Shown here in pieces: positions 1 through 13,312 of a stretch of DNA of 64,000 bases. The translations under genes and the position numbers were made by a program. Positions within the stretch are counted from its first letter, which is position 1, and the number at the start of each line of letters is the position of its first letter. This DNA is from Marsupella aquatica (taxonomy: Eukaryota > Plantae > Marchantiophyta), in assembly GCA_973895155.1 (NCBI GenBank), contig OZ316891.1:27025972-27089971 (forward strand). The letters run 5' to 3'. The notes beneath the pieces are model-generated. The model did not search any database. It was not told where the DNA came from and was given only the letters and a program-made list of their open reading frames with translations.

Positions 1-937
1 TAGCCGTTCCCACTCAGGCGGCTCTGGCAAGCGTGCCAGGCATTAGCGGCGGAGTAGGATTAGAGTAGAGTTAGGAATAGCTTAATTAGGCTATAGGGAC
101 AAGCAACTGCCCTAAGTAGCACAGCACTACCATGCTGTACAACCTGCATAGATTAGGATCTTCTAATAAGACAAGTCGTTTTCCGGCCTGACAGCCAACT
201 TAGTTAGGACCTTAGCTAGCGAATCTTCGGGCGCAAGGGCACTCCGTTCCTCGGCCCTTAGTATTTAGTGCACCCCTCGGTAGAGGCAGGGGGTTTTTAG
301 TCTCAGTGTTGGACATCCGCAATATGTGCGGGGAGTCCCGACCTCTAGGAGTGAAAGAGTACCGAGGGGAGGGTATGGGACTAAGCTTGTTGGGCGAGCG
401 CGGAGCCGGGCTCCGTTGTAGTGTACACCCTTGGCTTTGGACCTGTTCATTCCCGAGCTTTCGGGTCCACTAAGTGTATGCATATGTCTCCTATGTAGTA
501 AAATCCTTCCCCATTATTTCCTTCGTGTAAATCGAGATTGTATGCTTGCGCGTGTATGTATGTGTGAATCTTGTGTATAGGTGCCAACGCTCGGCCGAAC
601 GCACTACCCAAGTCGGGCACGGGGTGCAGCTTGCGGGTAGTGGTTGCGAGCCTGGGTTGAGTACCCATATCATCGAATCCGGATCGAAGGCAGACAACAC
701 GAAGGCTTAGAAGCCCGTAAGCCGGGGTCGATCCTGTTATCGATTAAGGTACGTTTCGGCGGTGGAACACAAACCATACCTAGGAGGTGTCCGTATATAA
801 CCATAGGCGCACTTAGCGCTAGTTTACGTGAGTTAGGTGCATTTCGAGCATCCCTCCCTGCCCAAACACTCATTTTGACGAAGGATGTGCCTGTCTAAGC
901 CGAAGCCCAGGTTAAGGCCTAGGCTGACGACGTGACA
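1..937 (+). mobile_element. 3' end of a Ty3/gypsy LTR (family related to the 9353..22123 element), inserted into the L1
   Basis: Ends ...GACGTGACA at 937, where L1 coding homology stops. Shares ordered motifs with the 3' end of LTR 18273..22123 (GGGGAGTCCCG, GCGGTGGAA, CCTCCyTGCCCrAACmCTCA, GCCCAGGTTA). Left end lies outside the window. Confidence 0.65.
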
Positions 938-3900
938 CGCAGCATCTCGTACACCCTCAGATTTGTTGTGGCAAATCTCCTCATCTCAGTCTTGGTGTCA
1001 TTCCATCTCCAAAGTCGAGCATCAACACCAGATTCCCTGCCTCCAACAGTAGAACAACAGATCACATTGTATAGAGCAGTACATTGGACACGGCCGACAG
1101 AGGTGAGTCCTCTCATTCTTTGCAATATCCTGGAGATATCTTTCAAGTCCTGGTTCTCAGTAGACCATAGATCTTTTACTTTCCTCATTCCTAAACTATC
1201 AAAAGTTCTAATGATTTCCATTGAGCATTCTTCTGGTAGTTCATAGAACCCCTGCATACTCCTTACCAAATCTTCAAAACTCCAATGCCCAGGTATTGTG
1301 CCCTTGCCTGGGAAAAAGATCAGTTGCTCTCTAGCCATCTTCCATGCATTCCATAGTTTCCCTGTATAGACAAGTTTCCCAAAGTGCCTGGGAGTGCTCA
1401 ATAGTATTTTGTCACTCAAGGAGTACCAGCTTCTTCTCACCGTCTTATAGTACGTTGCGCCATTTGGTTAACCTGAGATTCTCAGCATACATTTGAGTCC
1501 ACTTAGAGCAAGGGTCATCTAATGCTCCAGTGAACCACTTGCATAGCAAAGAGTCAGAATGGCTCCTTGAGTCCAAGCTCGCCCTCCAGCTTTGGTCTAG
1601 TCATCTTCTCCCATGCCACTAGAGGAATCCTTCTTCCCCCTTGCAGATTAGTTCCCCATAAGAATGTCCTATTAAGTTTCATCAACTTCTTAGCTAGTAC
1701 CTTAGAGGATCAAATAAACATCATATGGTAGATAGGGATTGCATGTAAAACATGTTTAATCAGCATCAGCCTTCCTATGAAGGATAGAAATTGTGACGAC
1801 CAGGATATATGACAGTCGGGCACCTATTCTGTCTAGGCATAAATTATGTAATTGTGTCTCTAGAATTTCTACTCCAAAGGGAGCACCCAGATATTTTTGT
1901 ACCTCTCCCTTTTCGCTAATTTTGCATCCAGTGTCCCTGAGGCAATCAGGGATCTCATCCATAGTGAAGGGGATAATGATTGATTTTTTCAAATTCAATT
2001 TGGCCCCTGTAGCACATTCATAGTAGTGGATAGCACTTTTAGCTTGTTCAAAAGCTACAGTGGGAGGGATAAACATTCCTAAATCATCAGCAAATTATCT
2101 AAAGCAAATAGACAGAGACAAATTGATTATCAGGCCTTGAAGTCTTCCAGATGCTATCTCTGCATTACAGAAATCCATAAATGGTTGAGTAGAAATTGCG
2201 AATAGTAGAGGAGATAGGGGGCATCCTTGCCTCACTCCACGTCTCATCCCAATCTCTCTGTCCACAGCCCATTCACCAAAGCTTTGGAGCATCAGTCGCT
2301 CAACAAAGATCAAACTAGAAAGATAAAGTGTGATCCAATTCGTAGCAGATTCATCGTCTCCCAGATGTATGAATGATCCACCCTGTCAAAGGCTTTTTCA
2401 AAGTCCGATTGCAAGAATAATGTAGGAGTCTATGTGAGGTTAATCCAATCACTAGCAAGCTAGGTGAGTGAGATGTTTTCTAATATGTGCCTTTCGGGTA
2501 TGAAGCCCGTTTGCTATGGACTGATCATTTTTGGTAGATGAATCTTCAGCCTCAAGGCAAGCAACTTTGCCATGATCTTATGTGGTCGTTAGCATCGTAA
2601 GCCCTCTCTAGTCTCCTAGTCTTCTTTTATCTGTCTTCTTTGGGATAAATCAAATTATTCCATCCTTAATCCCAAAGGCAATGTGCCCTGACCGCCAGAA
2701 TTCACAGACCATTTCATAGAATCTGTCCTTTAAGAAGTCCCAACAACTTTGTAATGCCTTTGCAGTGATGCCATCAATCCCAGGGGCCTTGTCACTCGGG
2801 AGGGATAGCAATGTGTCATGAAGTTCTTGCATAGTAGGGAGCCTCTCAAGTCTGCAAATCTCTAAAGCCGAAAGAGCAAAGTGGGTGTGCTGACACAACT
2901 TCCTTCTTGTAGCTACCATCTCTCCGCGTAACTCAGTCGAAGTCACTATTGGCGTGTAGAGCTGCTCACAATGTCGCTGCACTTCCTTTATCACCATATT
3001 CTCTTCCTTTATCTCTTCTCCATCTTCCCCTAAAAGGTAATCCATATTTTCTCTGGTACGTTTTGCTTTCACCATTGCAAAATAGAATTTTGAACGTTCA
3101 TCCCCTTGTTCAAGCTAGTTTATTCTAGCAAGCCTCAAATTGTGGTGAGCTTCCTCTAGCTCCATTTCTCTGACCCCCTGTTCAGTGCTAGTGAAGTCAA
3201 GAATTGTGTCCTCAGTGTGTTCATCCATAATCGCCATTTTCAAGAGACAGAGTTTAGCTCTAAGTCTACGCATCTCTTCATCCCAAGGTACAGGGGAGTA
3301 TTGTAGCTCCATGTAGCACCGTCTTAATCTCTACATAGCATCTGCAAATCTCAAATGAGGGTCCACTGATCCTCCCTCTCTTGCGCCCCAAGCTTTTGTT
3401 AGTGCTTCAATGTTCTCAATTTTCTTGAGAATAGCCGGATTTGCCTTGAAGTACGTAGCTCTACAAACATCAGTAGGCGTGGACTTTCTAGGTGTCATCC
3501 TAAATGTAAGGATAATGGGGTCATGATCAGACAGCGCTGATGATCCGTCGTGCCTCAATTCTATCACCTTGTCTAGCCATTGTCCCTTCTCGCTTAGATA
3601 AAACCTATCTATCCGGGACTATATTAATCTTCCATTTCTTACCCTTCTCCATGTAAAGTTAGAGCCAGTGACTTGTCCCAAGATTCCTTGGGCATCTTGT
3701 AGGTCAAAGCAAAGTTCCAATAATTGCCAAGTATCTAGCTTCCTTCCCCTAATCCTGGGATATGAACCTAAGGAGTTGCCTTGTTGCTCTGTCATATTGA
3801 AATCTCCAGCAATTATCCATTTCCCCATGTGGCAATGTGTGCAACAAGTCATTCCACAACAGGACACGTTCGCTCATCGAGTTGGGAGCATAGATACTGA

Positions 3901-4235
3901 TTAGACCAAAGTTTCCTTCCTCTGATTGTATTGTAATCCAAACTGCCCGTCCTCTATCCAGGGTTCCATATGCCAGCACTACAAAAGATGGGTGAATCAA
4001 AAGAGTTGTGCCTCCCTTACCGTCATCCGGAGGCAAATAGAAATATTCAAAAGATGTTAGGATTGCTCTAAGAGCAATGTCAAGCCTAAAAGCCTCTGCT
4101 TTGACTTCCTATATATAAGGCCAGAAAATCAATAGGCGGCCAAAGTGTTGCAACCCACTTAGTTACAACCACATTCTTTCGGTCAGGATTGCAAAGTCCA
4201 CACACATTCCACGAAGCAAATTGCAAAATCTTCAT
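938..4235 (-). pseudogene. L1 ORF2 (EEP endonuclease + reverse transcriptase), disrupted
   Basis: Starts MKILQFASWNVCGL (ATG at 4235). Motifs SIYAP, IIAGDFN, SDHDPI, KAPGIDG, GVRQGCPLSPLLF and KYLGAPF are spread over fragmented ORFs 919..4036. Confidence 0.92.
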
Positions 4236-4269
4236 TATTTAGTAGTATACTTTACATCTCCAGCTCACT

Positions 4270-6588
4270 CCCCCTCAGGGTGGAGCCCATTCACGCATCC
4301 CTCATCAGAGCGGAGTGCCTAGGTCAGCCTCAAGATTCCTCATCTTAGGATCCACAAGTTTCTTTCCGCTAATCACATGTAGTAGTTCCCTTTGCGCCTG
4401 TGTTTCAGCCGTCAGTAGAACCGCAGGGCCCTCTAAAGTCCTTTGTTGATCCCCTTTCAGCTTTGTCTCAAGTGTGGACCATCCTTCCGCATTCTGTGTC
4501 TTTGCAACAAAAAAAAATGTAAGGAACGCTGCTTCCTAGCCTTCTTTTTTCCCTTTTCCTTTTTTTTGTCTTCAGGGGGAGATCTTCTAGCCAACTTTTG
4601 GGCACATTCTCTCTTGAGCTCCGTTCGTGCGATATATCCCTCAAATTTAGACAACTCCATGTCTGAAGGAGGTTCAGAGGCCGAGATAGGTTCTTTGTCT
4701 CCATCTTCTGAGGTAAGGGCCGGTTCACCAGCTTCTATGATTGTAATTGGATCCTCAGTCACAATTTTGCACTCATTTAAGCTTATTCCATCTTCATTAG
4801 CAGTGACCAGGGGGAGGACAGTTGCCTGCAAATCCTGTATGACCCATGGGATTTCATCCCGATGCGGAAGAACAAATGTAGTGAGCTCCCCGGGGTGCTT
4901 GACCCCACTTGACATTTCCAATTCTCTATCAGTTGTTACTGGATGTGAGTTCACCTCATCCACCGTCACCTGCCCAAAAAGGATTGGTTGTTCCCTTATT
5001 TCATCAACCCTGGCGTCAACCGGATGCAACGTATTACAAAGTGGGAGAGGAATTATTGGGACCTCCTTCCCAACATCGACAGTCTCAACAGGAACAATGG
5101 GCAGGGGTAAATCTGGAGTTATCATTGCAGGGGTCTCCTGCAAAGCCTCAACAACCTTCATAGGGATAAAGGTTGGGGGCAAATCCTGAGGTATGTCCGC
5201 CTCAGCGAGAGGAACATCAGTGTTCCCAACAACAGGGATATTGCTCGTTGTAGATAGATGGGGCACCACAGTCTCAGAGTCTTCTTCTCCCCTGCAATCC
5301 CGAGCTAAATGCCCCTTTTACCACATTTAAAACAATGGAATGGGATGTTTTTAAATGTCACAGGTTGCCAAATTGACAGGCCCTCTTGAATCTCCACTTC
5401 CACACTCTGTGGCACTTCTCTTTGCGTGTCCCATAGCACACACGCCCGATCATGAGGGTAAGAGTTGAGGTCGTCACCTTGAATGTAATGCAATATGTCT
5501 CCTAAGGATGCAGCCAGTTTCCTCCGGCGGGGCTCTAAGATTAGTGCTCTAAATGGAATTTTGATCCAAACTGGCAGCATCATGTAGGATTCCCTCCTAA
5601 TGTCAAAGGACGGATCCCAAGGGAAGGTGAATACAAACTTCCTATCTAGGAACCACGGAGCACCAGCCAAATCAAAGTCTCTGTGCTCAGGATTTCTAAA
5701 AGTGACCATGTAGAAACTTTTCCCAACAAATTTAACTTGGGATACAGGCCAATTCATTTCATTCACAAATGTCTTATTTACCCAAAATTGAAAAGTAGGA
5801 AGCATGGGAGCTTCGTCTGTGAAATAGCACATCATTGTGTAGTTGAAAAGTTCCGTGACTATCTCAACAGCTTCCTCCAATGACCACTGGATCTTAATTG
5901 GTATGTAGCTTAGAGGGCCATTCTTGAATCAAAAGATCTGAAATCATTCGTAGGATTGGTATACAGGCAGCAATCTCTTTGTCTTTTGAAGCTCCAGCAA
6001 TTCTCTTTGCGTTCTCAGCCTCCTCTTGGACAGATCTCCTATGGCAATTATTCTCCACACTACGAGGTTCAGCGTTGCTACAATCACCAATGTCATCTTG
6101 AAATTTTTCCAGGGTAGGCTTTTCCATCCTATCCTCCAACACATCCATCTTGCAGTTATCATGCGTACGCTGAGAATCCCACCTTGTAAATCCATCCCTC
6201 TCAATCCCTGAAGGTTTGAGACCGTACCAACTTTGTACATTGTCATCAGGTTTCCCCCGTCCAACAAAGTGAATCAGAGTAGGTCGAGAGCAGGATGCGG
6301 CCCTAGCATCTTGACTAGGTACCACATTCTCAATTACAGGTTCCCTGCCCTGCGCGTAAGCTGTGCCTCCCCTTGTTGCAGCGTTCACTTCAGATCAACC
6401 GTCGGGGCAAGACCAGTGCTTGGCACCGCCTTCTTCTCCATTCCTATCTGGTCCAAAACGTGGCGTTGTTGGGCCTTGTCATCGGCCCTCCAATCCCACC
6501 CAATGTTGATTACGCAACATGTTCCTCTACCAGCACTTTCTTCCTCTTCGCAACACCAAGCTTTGCCTCTAAACCCGATCTTAAACAC
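4270..6588 (-). pseudogene. L1 ORF1 (DUF4283 + zinc knuckle, low-complexity C-terminus), disrupted
   Basis: ORF 5305..5880 has GAPWFLDRKFVFTFPWDP..LPVWIKIPF and CFKCGKRG, typical of plant L1 ORF1. Flanking fragments 4457..5269 and 5894..6588 continue it. Boundaries approximate. Confidence 0.8.
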
Positions 6589-7544
6589 TGCCTAGCATTC
6601 TAATTGCTCAAGAAATGAGTATGATTTAGTATAATGCATGAGTCAAAGCAATTAGTGCTCACCTGAATGATTCCAGGGAACCAATCGTCCACGCTTCCGC
6701 CTTCCCTCCGATGAGAGAGCACGGTCAGTTGCCGACACAAGATTACACCTTGATTTGTGATCCCAATTAGTAGGGTTACAACATCCTCTGCCTAGACGGC
6801 TTGATCCTCTAGTCAATACCCACCTTCTAAATGGCCCCAGATGCGTAATGATAACAAATCACTTTGTCATATCCTCCCACAAGCTTAAGTAGCCCTAATA
6901 ATATCTCTGGTTCCCCTTCTTCTCAAGTGCGGCACTTCACTAATAAGTCAATTCTTGACCACTGTAATCATACTCCACACACAGAAGTAATTTTCTTAGC
7001 ATCCCGCAATCTTCATAAGTCAAAGAGCCCCTATACTCGACTACTCTCCAACGCACGACACCAGAACGCATTCCAGAGTTCTTTCCGTTCCTTCTTTCCA
7101 CAAGATTCCCTACTTAGAAAATCATTCCCTTTGTCAATGCACCGCCAGCCCACGGGTTGTAAACAGTTAATTCTCCTAACCAATGTCTCCACTTTTTACT
7201 CAGGATTACCTTCCGTAAAAAGCAAAGCTTCCCGTGGATTCAAACGAGAAGACAAAGTGCACGTTCAACCTTTGCCATTCTTTTCTTACGTTTCTAACTC
7301 TAGTACGTGCCAACAAAAAAAATTCTTCCTTCACCAGGCAACACTTAGGGTGTTTTCAATTCTCACTGTGATAGTCACACTCCCACAAATAGGAGTAATC
7401 ACCTTAGCATCCGGTCAACCTTCCATCTACATTCCCTCCCTTCCTAAAGATCCGAGTACAACCAGCACATTCCTTCAGCTCCGCCAGTTCATTGTCAGCT
7501 CATCAGCCCATCGGCTATCTCTTCTACCCTACAAAAAATTTTAG

Positions 7545-8750
7545 GGATCTGGTGGAGAGTTGGGAGCCACAGATTGGTCCTAAGTTGACAGGGGAGGAGA
7601 GATGTTGCATGCATCAATTCATGAAGAGTTACCGGAATTGTTTTGCATTCAGCATGAAGGATTTGGAGACATTGAAGGGCCCTGGTATTCAGATTGAATT
7701 GGCTAGTGATGTGCCAATCTTTCGTAGACCATACCGTTATAGTGACATGGAGAGAGCTCTGATTCAAAGCAGAGTTCAAGATTTGTTGGAGGCTGGATTG
7801 GTGGAGATTTTATATGGGGAGTATGCATTTGCGTGCAATGATGCCAGCCAAGAAAGTTGTGCATGGCAATTACACAGATAGGTGCATGTGTGGTGATTAC
7901 AGACCTATTAATCGCCAGACAAAATCTGATCGATATGCCATGCCCACACCTGAGGAGATCTTTGATATTGTGGGGCATGCAAAGGTTTTCAGTTCATTGG
8001 ATCTGAGGTCAAGGTACCATCAGCTTCCAATTAGGCATGCTGACAAGTCCAAGACAAATTTTTTGGGGGATTGATTCTTATGGCAAAGATCATTTGTATC
8101 AGTGGTTGTTCTTACCATTTGGGTTGAAGAATGCACCAGTTGAGTTCGAGAGAGTCATGGATCGAATCCTTGCAGGTTTGGATTTTGTTAGATGTTATAT
8201 TGATGATATTTTGGTCTATTCTTCTACTATGGAAGAACATCGGCAACACTTGTAGATTGCGTTGGAGAGATTGAGAGCACGTGGGTTGAAGATCCATCCT
8301 GGCAAGTGTAAGTTCTTTCAAGACCAGATTTAGTATTTGGGCCACAATATATACCCAGGGGGATTGGGTGTACATCAGACTAAAGTGGAGGCCATTACAT
8401 AGATTCCTTGTCCTACTGATGTGAGCAGAGTTCATGCATTCTTGGGATTGGCAAGCTACTATAGGAGGTATGTTAAAGGATTTAGCCAGCTTGCTAAACC
8501 TTTAACCATACTCACTAAGTTGCATCAGGAATGGATTTGGGGTGATGACCAGGAGCATGCCTTTTAGGAGTTGAAGCAAAGGTTGGCATCATCCCCTATT
8601 TTGAGAAGACCCATTTTCGGCAGACCATTTCAACTATACACTGATTGGAGTGGAGTAGGACTTGGTGTAGTGTTGACTCAGAAAGATGATGAAGGGCACA
8701 AGTTTGTTGTGGCATATGCCAGTAGATCAAACAATTCAGTAGAGGCTAAG
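7545..8750 (+). pseudogene. Ty3/gypsy pol remnant (RT and N-terminal RNase H)
   Basis: RMCGDYRPIN-like, FSSLDLRSRYHQ, LPFGLKNAP, YIDDILVYS and FQLYTDWSGVGLGVVLTQ motifs, with several stops and frameshifts. No LTRs found. Confidence 0.9.
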
Positions 8751-9352
8751 TTGCCAACTTTCTTCATAAAATCCAGAACGACAAAAACTTTGATCTCTCC
8801 GCACCACAAACTCCGTTAAACAATTTCTTTGCACCGTTAGACAGCCCTTGCCCCGATCTATCCGCTGAGCCCATAAACTCCAAGTTCCATGTGACAAAAC
8901 TTTGGGAAATCCACCAACACTCAACGCTGGAAAAAACCGTCATGAAAATCGTGTCATGAACAATGTCACCTTCCAGGCATGCTCTGATGTCAATTTTTGA
9001 GCACATGTTAGTTACTTGCAAGCAATTAAAAATTACAAGCATTTTGATTTAAAACACTGATATATCATTGACAAACATCATAATGGTAACTTTGTTTTAC
9101 TAATTGACATCTCTTCATTTGTATTCTAGTTTTTAATGCTTAATACTTACAGCACGACACCCCAAAAATTACGTTGCTCTTGCCACAAACATGAATGTGT
9201 GCTTTTGTTACTGTCAAAAATAAGATCTGTCCTGTTTATGGCTGGTTGTGCTGATGTGGCGCAACCTCGTGGCAGGGAATTTGCAAGGGACCTCTCATGG
9301 GGGTCTGTAATGAGCATCATGAACCCTTCTTGTGGATCTTCCTCTGTATTTT

Positions 9353-11331
9353 TGTGACACAAGTAATGTGTCACTTAACCAAACCCAGGTCGTAGATTAG
9401 GTCTTATACGGACGTTAGGACCATAGCCGTAGCGTAGAATAGCACGTATAGCCGTCCATTGCCATTATGAATAGATTAGGAGTAGGTTAAGATGACCGAA
9501 TGATTACGAGTTCAGGAAGAGGATTATTACGCGCGACCGAGGTACGGTGGCGGCAGCAGAGTAAAAATCAGTTAGAAGTCACGCTTGGACCGAGGCACCG
9601 ACTTCAGCCCATTATCAATGACCAAAACGGCCTGGCCTTCTCACGCTCAGGCTCATCCTGGCACCTCCATAAGAGAGGAGCCGATGGTGCTACGGGCCAT
9701 TTGCTCATTTCCACCTTTTTGGAATTCGCGAACGTTGCCATCCACTCGCCTTTCTGATCGAATCAAGTCGACCTTTACAAGGAGATTATTGAGGGATAAG
9801 AGCGGAATAAGGCAAGATTTAGTCAGGACGAGCGAGGCCTCCACGAGAAAAAGGACCAACCGGGTGGGAACGTGGACTCAAAGCCCCAAAAAACCCCCCG
9901 GCCAACCAAAACCGACGGCCCGCGGATAACCTGAAGTCCAACTTATTACAGGTAATCCGCGTCCCCGAAGTAGTTTGGATCGCGATCAAGAAACTCGAAC
10001 ACGTGGATTATCTGAAGGAGCATCAGTTGGAGCAGTTCGCTCACTTGCTATGGAGACCGTGCGCCGTCGGGCCGAAGGAGATTTTTGAGTTCATCTCCAA
10101 TTTCGACACTGACGCATCGACCACCAAGGTTTTGGGACAGGCCTTATCACTCACGGAGCATCGGTTAACGCAAATCTTTTGCCTGCCAACCGGGCTGGTG
10201 CCGGTTGAACTCCGAATTCGGGATAAGGAGTATACACCGCGGCACTTCAAACCCGAGGGTAAGACGGACAACGGATACAAGCAGGGGTCGTGCACCAACT
10301 TAATCTGCATGGAGCGTCTTAACTTCATATGGACTACCTTACACATGATTGAGCCACGATCCGAGATTTTCCTCTGCACGATCGTGCAGGTGGAACAGTA
10401 CAAATGGCAGAACTGGGCCCAATTCTTCTACCAAAGATTCTTGGGGGAGCTGAAGCGGGCTCAGGGTGGTATGGCTATTGGGGGGAAAACTTACTTGGGA
10501 AGTCATATCGCCATTATCCTCGCCTGGTACAAGGCATGGCGGGAGGCCAGAGGAAAGAATATGGCCACCTCAACCCCGACTAATGTCACCCCCGCCCCAG
10601 AGGAGGCAACCCCGAGCGCGCAGACTACCGTTCCTCGGGCAAACCCCAAGCCGGAAGCCCCGACTAATACTCCGCCACCTCCTCCTGTGGAAATTCCGCC
10701 GCCCCCTTCCGTCGAGCCTTCGCTACCCGTAGTACAACCACCCCCAATCCCTCCACCACCTGAAGAAACCTTCCCCACCCCAACGCAGACTACGGAGGAG
10801 CTCGTTGCCCCGCCCGAGGAACCACCGGTACCCGAGAGGATGGAGGACTACCAAGTAGCCCCCGGGACCATGGCCTACGACCTGGTCCAGAAGTTTAGTC
10901 AGACTATGTCTGGGGAGCTGGCGACGTACATCGGACAACAAGTCTCGGCATATTTTCAACCAGCCTTCTTCATGTTAGAGCACCAACCACGGATTGTAAG
11001 CCGCTTGGAGGAAGAACTCATGGCAAAGGGGAATGAGATCGGGCGCCTCCAGATGCTGGTAGAGCACCTCAAGGAGGAGGCCACTACCCGCTGTGAGGAG
11101 TTAGTCTGCACCGTCAAACAGAGGGACGGACTAACCCAGGAGTTAAGCGGAGCGCAAGCAGATCTCAAGAAGCTGGACGACACCGTGCTTCAATTACGCT
11201 CAGAATCTTTGGCTCGGGTTACCAGCCTGACCGACCTCAACAAACAATTCCTGCACGCAGCACAGCAGGTGGCTAGTCTCTCCGCCAAACGGGATAAATT
11301 GCTGGCGCAGGACCAGATCCATCGCAACTCC
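9353..11331 (+). repeat. 5' LTR, internally deleted and 3'-truncated
   Basis: Near-identical to 18273..~18801, then jumps at ~9881 to the equivalent of ~19471, and matches to ~20920 before joining directly into gag. Confidence 0.9.
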
Positions 11332-11355
11332 ATGGCGAGGAAGCCATTAAGCTAA
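10003..11355 (+). pseudogene. 5' LTR copy of the LTR-encoded accessory ORF (truncated at both ends by deletions)
   Basis: 450-aa ORF nearly identical to 19614..21137. Confidence 0.8.
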
Positions 11356-12579
11356 CCATTCTTCCAGGCGTGCTACGAGGAGAAGCGCGCCCGTGGTATA
11401 ACTTACAACCCCCTGGTTTCACATGGGGCCAGTTCCAGACGGCGTTCTTGCAAGAATTTAGGCCCGTGGGGATCGAATCTCGGGCCCTGTCAAAAATCAA
11501 ACAAATGTAGATGGGTAAGCATGACTCACTTTGCAAATTTCTGCAGCGATTCCAGAAGGTTGCCGCCAAGATTCGGCCTAAGCCAGATGACTCTCTGCTG
11601 AGGAAATGGTTCGTCAACGCGCTACCCCAGAGGATGGCGTTCTCAATGCTAGAAAAGAAGACCACCACGCTACAACAAGCAATTGATAGTGCCGAATCCT
11701 TCAGGGAATTGCACTACACCTCTCAGCTTAATAGGAGGACCAAGCATAAAAAGAGCAGGAGGTATCATACCTTCAGCGACTCCGACTCTGAGTACGACAA
11801 GAAGAAAAGGAAGAAGAAATGACGACATAAGAAAAAGGGCCGGACAAGCTCTTCGTCAGACTCTGATTCAGAGTCTAGTGATTCCCTGTCCAGTAGCTCG
11901 ACGTCAACTGGCTCATCCTCCAGCGAGACCGAGTCAGAGTCTCGTAACCACAGAAGAAAGAAGGGATCACGGTCAGATACGGGCAAACATAAACCGCGAG
12001 CCAAGGTCGTCACTGCGGACCCCAAGGCCGCTGAGGTAGAAAAGCTGAACGAAATCACAGACCGGTGTCCGGGTGACCGTGTTTTCTGGTAAGAGCATGT
12101 TGGCTCTTATGAAGTCAACCTTGCATGCCCATAAGTTCTACACTAAAACCAAAATGATAACTCTTGTAAGAAAGGTGGTGGGTATTAAGAAAGGTTCAGG
12201 TGAAACTAATATACTATTAAATCCTACTTCACCATACTTGCGGATCAACACATCTCGAAAACTAATTTTTCTACGATATACAATCCTAATATCTCCAAGA
12301 GAAAATGAGATAGGAATGTCATCTGGACTCCTATTTAGATCCATGACTTCAATAAAGGACAAAGATAATGCACTCCCACTCCTCTCGATAAGACACTACT
12401 GGGTATACTATTGGCTCATTAGAACTCATAATAGCAACTGCAAATTGAGCTCCAAAGTGATAAGTTAAATGTTGCCTCATGGATGGCTTGTCTAAAAGAT
12501 GGACTCTAACCAAAAATAGGTTACGAAGGGGAAGATTAGGGATATCTCTCCCTCCTGGATTCATAATGACTCTCTTTTC

Positions 12580-12790
12580 CCTTTGCTATCCGGGCCAAAG
12601 GATGCGCCACCCCTAAGTTCTCAAAAAGACCTGGTTCCCTAAGGTCCCATCTATAAGTCTACCACTCATTCCTTTGCTATCCGGGCCAAAGGATGCCCCA
12701 CCCCTAAGTTCCCAAAGAGACCTTGTTCCCTAAGGTCCCATCTATAAGTCTACCACTCATTCCTTTGCTATGGCCAAAGGATGCCCCACT
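12580..12790. repeat. Tandem repeat, ~90-bp unit, about 2.3 copies
   Basis: CCTTTGCTATCCGGGCCAAAGGATGC...CTATAAGTCTACCACTCATT repeated. Confidence 0.85.
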
Positions 12791-13014
12791 ACTATGTACA
12801 TAAGGCAAAGAATAGAAGAAAAAGATGAGAGAAGAAAAGAGGATCGCTTCGACGCGGGAATTATCAAAATGTGGGAATGAGGAGAGAGTGCCCCTCACCA
12901 CTTTATTTATATTGAATCCAAGAGGGCATGGATTACGCCCAAACGCTTGGATGAAAGCCAAGTGGCACACATTCAACGTAAGAATGTGTGCTAGTACTAT
13001 TGCAATCAAAACAA

Positions 13015-13312
13015 ATAATGCATGCAAATAAAACAACTAATGCATGCACCTGAAACAATTTGTGCATGCGTGCATCTTGTGGCTTGCACATTTGCTCACC
13101 TTGCATGCGCATAAAACAACTAATGCATGCAAATAAAACAATTTGCATGCATCTAAAATAATTTGTGCATGCACCTTGTGGCTTGCACATTTTGTCACCT
13201 TGCATGCACATAAAACAACTAATGCATGCAAATAAAACAATTTGTACATGCATCCAAACAATTTGTGCATGCAACTTGTGGTTTGCATAGTTGCTTACCT
13301 TGCATGCACATA
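13015..13312. repeat. TGCATGCA-rich tandem repeat (~100-bp unit, about 3 copies)
   Basis: Recurrent TAATGCATGCAAATAAAACAA...TTGTGGCTTGCACATTT units. Confidence 0.85.

Larger units (their letters stand above)
938..6700 (-). mobile_element. L1-clade LINE retrotransposon, decayed, interrupted at its 3' side
   Basis: ORF1-like DUF4283 plus CCHC region, followed by an ORF2 with EEP endonuclease and RT motifs, all on the minus strand with many stops and frameshifts. The 5' boundary is approximate. Confidence 0.9.

Noticed and set aside
4443-5189. 248-aa + strand ORF
   Set aside because: Antisense shadow of the L1 ORF1 low-complexity region.
6864-7544. 226-aa ORF with a TTG start
   Set aside because: No recognisable domain, Ser/Phe-biased composition, and located between two TE remnants; probably spurious.
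12580-13312. Repeat arrays considered as CRISPR-like
   Set aside because: Units are contiguous tandem copies without unique spacers, in a eukaryotic LTR context with no cas genes.
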